In this document: positions 15,519-22,664 of the stretch, one piece after another | Numbering within the stretch: the first letter of the stretch is position 1 | Layout: each line of letters begins with the position of its first letter | Virus record (IMG/VR): IMGVR_UViG_3300017780_001329 | Span: 1-37,364 of that record | Direction: 5' to 3' (one strand) | DNA: 37,364 bases | From: a virus | Lineage: Duplodnaviria; Caudoviricetes | The notes under the pieces: generated by a model | Databases searched by the model: none | Told to the model about the DNA's origin: nothing | Seen by the model: only the letters and a program-made list of their open reading frames with translations | Position numbers and translations under genes: made by a program

Positions 15519-16649
15519 ATGGCAACGATAGCAAGAGAACGCGAGGTCGAAGAGGACCGCGCCCCAAAGAAACCGACCAGCGCACGGGACACCGTCATGG
15601 TCGGCGGCATGGAGGGTCTGGTCTCCGACGAACCGGACGAGGTGATCGAGATCGAGCCGGAACACGACGAAGTTGCAGAAAAGGCCACTTCAACGCGACG
15701 CTCCGCTTCTGACTCTGACTCCAGTGAAGACGAGGAAGACGAGCGCGACGCCCGCCTTGCCTACGACGAGGCGATGGATGACGACGACAGCGTCGAGGAG
15801 CGAGGCAACTCCCGCCGTCAGCGTCGCAACAAGGCGCGTCGCGATGCCATCGCCATGCGCGATCAGGAACTGGACGTCCTGCGGCAGCAGGTCAACCAGC
15901 TTTCCGGCATGGTGTCGTCGGTCTCGCAGGGGCAGGTCGGCGTCGTCCTCAACACGGTCGAGACCCAGCTTGGTCAGGCTCAGGGCCACCTACAGGTCCT
16001 AGACGACGAGCTTGGCAAGGCCGTGGCGGCGGGCGACGGCGACCAGTTCCGTAAGGTCCAGCGCCTTCGCGATGAGGCGTCGGCCCGTGTCTTCCAGCTT
16101 GCAAGCCAGAGACAGCGGATCATCGTCGAGACCCAGCAGAGCCAGCGCCCACAGGTCCCGCAGGGGCAGATGCAGCAGCGAGGCGGCCCCGTGGCCTCCC
16201 CCGCCGCCGCCAAGTACTCCGAGGTCTTCCTCGACCGCCACCCGTGGTTCAAGTCAGAGGGCGGCAGCGAGGACTCCGAGATCGTGAAAGCCATCGACGA
16301 CCATCTGGCCGCCGAGGGCTACAACCCCAACACGCCGCTGTACTGGCGCACTCTCGAAGAGCGCGTCCGTGCCCGTGGCCTTGGCCCCAATGGTGACGAC
16401 GGCGATCAGGAGCGCCCCGTCCGCCGCAGCAGTGGAGGCGGCATGCCCCCGACCAATGCACCACGGGCCGGTCGCCGCTCCGGCGCACCGGGCTACCAGT
16501 TGAAGCCTGAGATGCGGGAGTACCTCGACTCGGAGGGCCTCCTCGAACGCAACATCACCCCCGACCAGAAAGCCAAGCGCGACCGTCTGATCTCTAGCTG
16601 GAAAGCGAACGAGCAGAAGGCGAAGCAGGGCCTGATGGGCAAGAACTAG
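15519..16649 (+). CDS. Putative capsid scaffolding protein
   Basis: Acidic N-terminus, coiled coil, 'AVAAGDGD', 'RHPWF', 'EGYNPNTPLYWRTLEERV'; lies between GroES and capsid genes. Confidence 0.75.
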   Translation: MATIAREREVEEDRAPKKPTSARDTVMVGGMEGLVSDEPDEVIEIEPEHDEVAEKATSTRRSASDSDSSEDEEDERDARLAYDEAMDDDDSVEERGNSRRQRRNKARRDAIAMRDQELDVLRQQVNQLSGMVSSVSQGQVGVVLNTVETQLGQAQGHLQVLDDELGKAVAAGDGDQFRKVQRLRDEASARVFQLASQRQRIIVETQQSQRPQVPQGQMQQRGGPVASPAAAKYSEVFLDRHPWFKSEGGSEDSEIVKAIDDHLAAEGYNPNTPLYWRTLEERVRARGLGPNGDDGDQERPVRRSSGGGMPPTNAPRAGRRSGAPGYQLKPEMREYLDSEGLLERNITPDQKAKRDRLISSWKANEQKAKQGLMGKN

Positions 16650-16659
16650 GAGTCAGAGA

Positions 16660-17292
16660 ATGGCACAGTCACCGACTACAACCTCGACCTCGACCACAAC
16701 CAAGTCCGACCCGCGGGTCGCTCAGGACGCCGATACGCCGCTTCAGCGGTCGGCGCGCGACGAGCCGCACGGCTCCGAGGAGCGGGACCACGAGCACGAG
16801 TTCACCCGCGCCGAGTGGGAGCGGGCGAAAGAGAACACGGACCCCGAGCGTCGGGCGCGAATCAGGGAGGTCCTCTCCCAGACCCTCCTCCCCGGCCTTC
16901 CCAAGCGCGAGGGATGGCATCGGTGCTGGGTGAGCACCACCCACCCCTCCGACACGCCGCACCGTCGCCAGCAGCTTGGCTATCAATTCGTGATGTACGA
17001 CGACGTGCGAGAGGCCGGGTGGGCGTCCGACCAGAACGCGATCAAGGACGGCGCGGGCAAGGGTGCCGTGATGTGGCGCGAGATGGTGGCGATGGAAATC
17101 CCAAACCGGGACTTCCTCGACATTATGAGAGAACTGCACCACGACGCACCGCGAGACATGGCGCGTGGGATCACCGACGGCCTCGAAGAGCTTGCGGCGA
17201 ACGCCAAGGAGAAGGGTGGACGTGTGACCCTCGACTCCGGCTTCGGCGATCTCGGCGAGTTCGTGAGGCCGCCGCGCATGTTCGAGACGTGA
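16660..17292 (+). CDS. Conserved head-region hypothetical protein
   Basis: AGGAG RBS; LP..P..EGWHRCWVSTT...LGYQFV...EMVAMEIP pattern usual for the gene between scaffold and capsid in this phage group. Confidence 0.75.
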   Translation: MAQSPTTTSTSTTTKSDPRVAQDADTPLQRSARDEPHGSEERDHEHEFTRAEWERAKENTDPERRARIREVLSQTLLPGLPKREGWHRCWVSTTHPSDTPHRRQQLGYQFVMYDDVREAGWASDQNAIKDGAGKGAVMWREMVAMEIPNRDFLDIMRELHHDAPRDMARGITDGLEELAANAKEKGGRVTLDSGFGDLGEFVRPPRMFET

Positions 17293-17300
17293 TCTAGGGG

Positions 17301-17333
17301 AGCCCCGGCGTATGTTCCTCCGCCGGGGCTTTT
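17301..17333 (+). terminator. Rho-independent terminator 1
   Basis: Perfect 10-bp stem AGCCCCGGCG/CGCCGGGGCT, 10-nt loop, followed by TTT. Confidence 0.7.
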
Positions 17334-17338
17334 GGGGA

Positions 17339-17371
17339 GGGGGCCGTCTCGAAAGGGGCGGCCCCTTTTCT
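17339..17371 (+). terminator. Rho-independent terminator 2
   Basis: GGGGCCGTCTC-GAAA-GGGGCGGCCCC stem (two G-U pairs, GNRA loop) followed by TTTTCT. Confidence 0.75.
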
Positions 17372-17379
17372 GTGGGGGC

Positions 17380-17409
17380 TTGACGACCCCCCGGCAGTGG
17401 GCGCACAAT
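17380..17409 (+). promoter_or_regulatory. Sigma70-like promoter of the capsid operon
   Basis: TTGACG (17380-85), 18-nt spacer, CACAAT (17404-09), immediately after the two terminators. Confidence 0.6.
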
Positions 17410-17415
17410 TCGATC

Positions 17416-17564
17416 AGCTACCTGTAAGAGCAATTCGCTCGACTGAAGGCGTCTTCGCGCGGTGCGTGAGGTGTAACGGTCGGGCTTGAGATGCGGAACG
17501 GAGCGAGACGGACAGCGGCAATGCCGCAGATGTCCATGTCTTGTCGTTTCAACTTACAGGAGCT
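17416..17564 (+). ncRNA. Candidate structured 5' leader RNA sequestering the RBS of the capsid-operon first gene
   Basis: AGCT-A-CCTGTAAG (17416-28) pairs with CTTACAGG-AGCT (17553-64). Internal helices at 17437-45/17477-85 and a long hairpin at about 17495-17550. Confidence 0.55.
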
Positions 17565-17570
17565 TCCTCC

Positions 17571-18128
17571 ATGTCTGCCACCGCTTCTCCCTTCGGCGTC
17601 CGCCCCGTCAGCCACCCGAGCGGCACCGTCCGCCTCGACCAGCTTGCTGGCGGCGTGGTCTCGGCCTACGGCACGGCCATCTACACCAACACCCCGATCA
17701 AGCGCGATACCAACGGCACCCTGATCCCCTGCTCGACGGGCGCGGATGTCTCCATCGGTGTCTTCGCTGGCTGCGAGTTCACCGCGTCCAGCAAGCGTTT
17801 CGTCCTCCCGTATTGGCCTGCCGCGCAGACCTACGACGCGGGCACGATGATCGCCTACTACACCTCCGATCCGCAGATCACCTACGAGGCGCAGGCCGAC
17901 GGCGCGGTTCCCCTGACGGAGAACGGCGAGTCGATCAACCTCGCGAACGCCTCGCAGGGTTCGGTCTACACCGGCCAGAGCACGCAGGCCTTGACCGCGA
18001 CGACGACCGGAGCCAGCGCCGGTACCTTCCAGATCATCGGCCTCGCGCCGTATGACGACAATGAGTGGGGCGACGCCTACACGATCCTCCGCGTGAAGAT
18101 CAGCAGCTATCAGGGTCCGGTCGCCTAA
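17571..18128 (+). CDS. Putative capsid decoration/cement protein
   Basis: ATG 17571 with AGGAG RBS; SPFGVRPV...GVFAGCEF...DPQITYEAQAD pattern; directly upstream of the major capsid gene. Confidence 0.7.
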   Translation: MSATASPFGVRPVSHPSGTVRLDQLAGGVVSAYGTAIYTNTPIKRDTNGTLIPCSTGADVSIGVFAGCEFTASSKRFVLPYWPAAQTYDAGTMIAYYTSDPQITYEAQADGAVPLTENGESINLANASQGSVYTGQSTQALTATTTGASAGTFQIIGLAPYDDNEWGDAYTILRVKISSYQGPVA

Positions 18129-18219
18129 CAGCGACTGAGCCGCTCGACTACCCATGAGCTTCTCCCGCCGCTCTGAGCAAGGCGGGGGACTGACAAGATA
18201 GATTTCAAGCGAGGCTGTT

Positions 18220-19134
18220 ATGGCTACTCCGATGAATAGCACCCAGTTCCGGGTCATTGTCGAACCGATCCTCAACGAGCACTTCGACGGCGTCTACGAC
18301 CAGCGCAAGGACGAATACAAGCAGGTCTTCCGCACGAAGCCCGGTATCAAGCGCGCCTACCACGAGGAGCCGGTGCTCTTCGGTCTGGGCGCTGCCCCGC
18401 AGATGGGCGACGGCGGCCCGGTCACCTACAAGAACGGTGGCGTGCTGTTCGTGAAGCGGTATGTCTTCCGCCAGTACGGCGCGGCCTTCGCCCTCACGAA
18501 AATCCTCGTCGAGGACGGCGACCACATCAACCTCGGCAAGATTTACTCCGAGCAGTTGGGTCAGGCGATGGTGGAAACCGAGGAGACGGCCACGGCCAAC
18601 GTCCTCAACTTCGCCTTCAACGGCAGCTACCTCGGCGGCGACGGACAGCCTCTCTGCTCCGCATCGCATCCGATCCTCGGCGGCACGCAGTCCAACCTGC
18701 TGACGACCCCCGCCGCGCTCTCGCAGACCTCGGTCGAGTCGATGCTCGTCCAAATCCGCAAGGCGCAGGACAACGACACGAAGCGCGTCCGCATCACCCC
18801 GCAGATGCTTGTTGTGTCCCCGGACAACGAGTTTCAGGCCGAAGTCATCCTGAAGTCGGCGCTCCGCACCAGCAACGCGAACAACGACATCAACCCGGTC
18901 ATGTCGCTGAAAATCCTGCCGAAGGGCTTTCAGGTCATCACTCGTCTCACCTCGCCGACGGCGTGGTGGATCAACACCGACGAGCGCATGGGCCTCCAGA
19001 TGGTCACGCGACGCATGGCCGAGAAGAGCATGGAAGGCGACTTCGAGACCGACTCGATGCGCTACAAGGTGACGTCCCGTTGGGACGCCTCGTGGACGAA
19101 CTTCCGTACCGTCTGGGGCACCCCCGGCGCGTAA
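18220..19134 (+). CDS. Major capsid protein (HK97 fold)
   Basis: 304 aa; EP.LN..F...Y, GLGAAP...GG.V.Y, A.VLN.AF, GGDGQPLCSASHP, NNDINP, DFETDSMRYK motifs; strongly biased codons. Confidence 0.92.
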   Translation: MATPMNSTQFRVIVEPILNEHFDGVYDQRKDEYKQVFRTKPGIKRAYHEEPVLFGLGAAPQMGDGGPVTYKNGGVLFVKRYVFRQYGAAFALTKILVEDGDHINLGKIYSEQLGQAMVETEETATANVLNFAFNGSYLGGDGQPLCSASHPILGGTQSNLLTTPAALSQTSVESMLVQIRKAQDNDTKRVRITPQMLVVSPDNEFQAEVILKSALRTSNANNDINPVMSLKILPKGFQVITRLTSPTAWWINTDERMGLQMVTRRMAEKSMEGDFETDSMRYKVTSRWDASWTNFRTVWGTPGA

Positions 19135-19157
19135 GACTCCGGCGCACAGCCACCCAA

Positions 19158-19199
19158 GGGGTGACGGGTTGTTTCCTTGCCCGTCACCCCCTGATCTTT
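19158..19199 (+). terminator. Hairpin/putative terminator after the major capsid gene
   Basis: 11-bp perfect stem GGGGTGACGGG/CCCGTCACCCC; weak T tail. Confidence 0.55.
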
Positions 19200-19225
19200 A
19201 ACTGAGCTACCGACGGAGACTCTAG

Positions 19226-19960
19226 ATGCCCACAGGAAATGACACGACCCGCTTTCCCAGCGGCGTAACTAACTCGGCTGATCCGGCCCCGTTCGGCAAT
19301 CACGTCGAGACAAAGCCTTTCTCGTACTACGAATATCGCAACGATTTTTTCCAGTACACGGCCACCGATTGGGTTGTGACGGAAACCGCTGCCGGGACGA
19401 CGCAAACCATCGTCGCGGCGGGCGAGGGTGGTCAGTTTGCCATCACCAACGTCTCGGCAGGCGCGACCGATGCGTCCTCGATCCAGTTGTCCAGCGATGG
19501 CGGAACCACGGCTGGGACCCAGTTCCTTTGGGAATCAGGCAAGGACGCGGTCATCGCCGCCCGCTTCAAAACCTCGTCCGCCGCCGCCAACACGAACGGC
19601 CTCCTAGTCGGCCTTGCCATTGCCGACACGACCCCGGTCGCCTCGCTGCCCCTCAACGGCATTTTCTTCTACAAGGCGTCCGCCGCCGCTTCGCTGATCG
19701 CCAGCGTCCGCAAGGCGGGCACGTCCACCAGCGTCACGCTGGGCGACGTGGTTGCCGACACCTTCGTCGATGCGGTGCTCTACTACACCGCAATCGACGG
19801 AACGTGGCGGGCCTATCTGAACAACACCTTCGTCGGCTCGTTCAGCACCGCGTCGGTGTCTCCCGTCGTCGCGATGACGCCCACCATTGGCTTCCTCAAC
19901 GCTTCTGCCGTGGCGCATGTTTTGACGGTCGACTACATCTACTGCGCCAAACGCCGCTGA
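19226..19960 (+). CDS. Virion structural protein, beta-rich (lectin/jelly-roll-like)
   Basis: GGAG RBS; TTRFPSGVTN N-terminus, Y.NDF, GIFFYK, LTVDYIYCAKRR; follows the capsid gene. Confidence 0.65.
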   Translation: MPTGNDTTRFPSGVTNSADPAPFGNHVETKPFSYYEYRNDFFQYTATDWVVTETAAGTTQTIVAAGEGGQFAITNVSAGATDASSIQLSSDGGTTAGTQFLWESGKDAVIAARFKTSSAAANTNGLLVGLAIADTTPVASLPLNGIFFYKASAAASLIASVRKAGTSTSVTLGDVVADTFVDAVLYYTAIDGTWRAYLNNTFVGSFSTASVSPVVAMTPTIGFLNASAVAHVLTVDYIYCAKRR

Positions 19961-19988
19961 CGGATCGCCGTCGGCCTAACATAGTTTC

Positions 19989-20030
19989 AGGAAGAGTGCC
20001 CATCCGGGGCGCTCCTCCTCTCTTTCTTCT
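19989..20030 (+). terminator. Putative terminator hairpin
   Basis: GAGTGCCC-ATCCG-GGGCGCTC stem followed by a pyrimidine tract. Confidence 0.45.
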
Positions 20031-20041
20031 AGGAGAACTGC

Positions 20042-20683
20042 ATGCGTGCGATTTCACTTACCTACGCGCCATCTGTTCTCGATGCCGACGGCATCTGCGC
20101 CAGTCAGACGACGTCGGGCGCGGCCAACGCCGTTATCAACGGCGCGCTTGCCTCTGGTGGTGTGGCCACGATGGGCGACCAACAGATCATCACCATTTTC
20201 TCGGCTTCCAACCTTTCAAGCCTGACCTTCCTCGCGACCGGCAGCGACCGCAACGGCTCCGTGCTCACCGAGACGATCACGGGACCGGGTGCGGGCCTGA
20301 CAGTTGTCAGCACCAAGAACTTCTACACGGTGTCGAGCATCTACGTCTCCGCCGCCGCCGCCGCCTTCACGGTCGGCGTAAATGGCAAGGGATCGTGCAA
20401 ACCCATCGTGCTTGACCAGTATCTGACTCCGTTCGACATAGCCGCTGCGGTCATCTCGACCACGGGTGGGACCTACAAGCTCCAGTACACCTACGACGAC
20501 GTGTTCGTTTCGACGTGGGCAAACGGCACGCAAGTGTGGTTTGACTCCGCAACCACGGCAGGCAAGACGGCGGCGTTTGTGGAAAACATCACTACGCCGA
20601 TGATCGCCATCCGCTACCAGATCACCACGGCGGCAAACCCCGAGAACCTCGTCATACGGGTCATCCAGTCTGGCGCACCGTAA
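20042..20683 (+). CDS. Virion structural protein
   Basis: AGGAG RBS; Thr/Ala/Gly-rich beta protein (DADGICASQT, ETITGP, QYTYDD). Confidence 0.65.
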   Translation: MRAISLTYAPSVLDADGICASQTTSGAANAVINGALASGGVATMGDQQIITIFSASNLSSLTFLATGSDRNGSVLTETITGPGAGLTVVSTKNFYTVSSIYVSAAAAAFTVGVNGKGSCKPIVLDQYLTPFDIAAAVISTTGGTYKLQYTYDDVFVSTWANGTQVWFDSATTAGKTAAFVENITTPMIAIRYQITTAANPENLVIRVIQSGAP

Positions 20684-20695
20684 AGAGGCCCCGGC

Positions 20696-21760
20696 ATGCC
20701 TTTGTCCGTAAACAGCACAGGAGATGTTCGACCCTTTACGGCAGTTCAGTTTGTTGAGGAAGCGTGTTCGCGTGCGGGCATCCCGCCGTCCAAGCTGACC
20801 AGTGAGATTGTCGAGAAGTCTCTTGATCAGTTTAGCCTTATGTTCACGAGCCTTGTGAATCGCGGCATCCAGCTTTGGAAGCGCCAGCAGTCGCTGGTGC
20901 CGTGCTACCTCAACGAGTACGAGGTGCCGCTGCCCCCCGACACAAACTCTGTCTTGTCGGTCAACCGGCGCACGATGTTCCGCCAGACGGGGACGCCCTT
21001 CTCGGATATGGGCGGCACCGCGTCGTTGGCCTTCGACGACGACTTCGATACCGCTTGCACCCAAACGGCGATCAACGGCAGCATTGGCACGGTGTTCACC
21101 ACCGCGACGCAGATCACCACTGCTGGCATCCTGTTTGGCAGCGCGGGCACTTTCGGCCTGTTTTTTGAGTACAGCAACGACGGCGTGTCTTACACGCCTC
21201 TCACCTCCACAACCACCACGTCCGACGACGAGCAGTGGCTGTGGGTCGATTTGGCTGGTGCCCCCGCCGCGCTTTACTGGAGAGTCAGAAGCGTGAGCGC
21301 GTCCGATTTCTTCTCGGTGCGAGAACTCTACTTTGGCAACACGCCGCAGGAAATCGTGCTGGGTCCGTGGAATATCGACGACTACACCGCCATGCCCAAC
21401 AAGACGCAGGGCGGCCAGATACTCAACTGGTATCAGCAGCGCGACCGAGATGCGCCGTACCTGCTTGTGTGGCCAGTGCCCAACAATCTCGCCAAGTACG
21501 ACCTCCTTGTAATCTGGACGCATGAGATGCTGATCGACGTGACGGACGTCACGCAGGCTGTTGACGTGCCGCGTCGCTGGTACGACGCGATCTGCGCCAT
21601 GCTTGCGCGGCGTCTTTGTCGTTCGCTCGAAGAGGGCGACATGGCTCGCTACCCGATGCTGGTGTCGGAGGAGCAGGAGGCGGTGATGCTCGCGACGGCG
21701 GAAGAGCGCGACAACTCCCCGGTCAACATCGACCCCGGCATTTATGCGTACACTCGGTGA
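20696..21760 (+). CDS. Head-tail adaptor protein with inserted discoidin-like domain
   Basis: EEACSRAG...NRGIQLW N-terminus and YTAMPNK...VWPVP...VPRRWYDAI...LA C-terminus; insert with AFDDD.DT, EYSNDG, YWRVR. Confidence 0.75.
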   Translation: MPLSVNSTGDVRPFTAVQFVEEACSRAGIPPSKLTSEIVEKSLDQFSLMFTSLVNRGIQLWKRQQSLVPCYLNEYEVPLPPDTNSVLSVNRRTMFRQTGTPFSDMGGTASLAFDDDFDTACTQTAINGSIGTVFTTATQITTAGILFGSAGTFGLFFEYSNDGVSYTPLTSTTTTSDDEQWLWVDLAGAPAALYWRVRSVSASDFFSVRELYFGNTPQEIVLGPWNIDDYTAMPNKTQGGQILNWYQQRDRDAPYLLVWPVPNNLAKYDLLVIWTHEMLIDVTDVTQAVDVPRRWYDAICAMLARRLCRSLEEGDMARYPMLVSEEQEAVMLATAEERDNSPVNIDPGIYAYTR

Positions 21761-21763
21761 CGC

Positions 21764-22021
21764 ATGCCTAGGTTCCTTGACACCACAGGCAACGCGACGC
21801 TGGGCATCGGCATTTGCGCGCGATGCAATCGCAAGATGGCGCTGGGCGAACTTATGTCTGATCCCAACATCCCCGGCCTCATGGTGTGCGAGAAAGACCG
21901 CGACAACTTCGACCCCTACCGCATGGCCGCGCGCATGCCGGATCAAGTCACGTTGCCGTTCGTGCGCCCCGACGTGGCGCTGACTCAGCCCGACTACATT
22001 GATTGGGAGAATGAGCCGTGA
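21764..22021 (+). CDS. Small Cys-containing neck-region protein
   Basis: GICARC...GLMVC...D.FDP...RPD pattern; lies between the two adaptor-like genes. Confidence 0.7.
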   Translation: MPRFLDTTGNATLGIGICARCNRKMALGELMSDPNIPGLMVCEKDRDNFDPYRMAARMPDQVTLPFVRPDVALTQPDYIDWENEP

Positions 22022-22662
22022 CAGCGATGACCTACGACTCGCTCGTGACGGACATCAAAAATTACCTTGAGAGGGGCAACACCGCCGACGAGACGGTGCT
22101 GCGTCAGATACCGATAATCATCAACAACAGCGAACGCTCGCTGGCCGACAAGCTAAAGATACAGGGCTACCGGGACGTCATCACGTCGACCATGCAGCAG
22201 CAGGTCAACGTGATCGACAAGCCTCAAGGATGGCGCAACACCGTGTCTATCAACATTGGCACGGGCACCAGTAATAACACGCGCGTCACGTTGCGTGTGC
22301 GTTCCTATGAGTACCTCCGCATTGTTGCACCGGACGATACGAGCTACGGGCAGCCGCAGTGGTACTCCGACTACGACTTCAACCACTGGATCATTGCGCC
22401 GACGCCCGACAACAATTACCCCTTTGAGGCAACGGTGTACCGCCTGCCTGACCTTTTAAGTTCGGCCAACCAGCAAAACTACCTGACTCAGTTCACGCCC
22501 TTCCTTCTCCTGTACGAGTGCCTGACTGCGATGGAACCGTTCCTGCGTAACGACTCGCGCATGCCTCTGTGGAAGTCGATGCGCGACGAGCAGTTCGCCA
22601 ACATCAACGGACAGGAATTGCAGAAGGTCGTCGACCGCGCCCTGCTGCGGACTGGAGCATAG
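22018..22662 (+). CDS. Second adaptor/tail-tube-like protein
   Basis: MTYDSLVTDIKNYLER...IP.II..SE...GQPQWY...IAPTPD...LLLY pattern; GTGA overlap. Confidence 0.7.
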   Translation: MTAMTYDSLVTDIKNYLERGNTADETVLRQIPIIINNSERSLADKLKIQGYRDVITSTMQQQVNVIDKPQGWRNTVSINIGTGTSNNTRVTLRVRSYEYLRIVAPDDTSYGQPQWYSDYDFNHWIIAPTPDNNYPFEATVYRLPDLLSSANQQNYLTQFTPFLLLYECLTAMEPFLRNDSRMPLWKSMRDEQFANINGQELQKVVDRALLRTGA

Positions 22663-22664
22663 AC

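Noticed and set aside
17416-17564. tRNA, tmRNA or a known riboswitch
   Set aside because: No T-loop/D-loop consensus or CCA end, and no aptamer consensus that I recognise; kept as an unknown structured leader
18160-18190. Hairpin CTCCCGCC..GGCGGGGG between decoration and capsid genes as a terminator
   Set aside because: No T tract, and it lies upstream of the highly expressed capsid gene; more plausibly a stability or processing hairpin, too weak to call
20216-21946. Long minus-strand ORFs (576 aa here; also 10522-11874, 25716-26711, 31249-32274 and others)
   Set aside because: Antisense shadows of GC3-biased plus-strand genes; Arg/His-rich, no motifs, and fully overlapping well-supported genes
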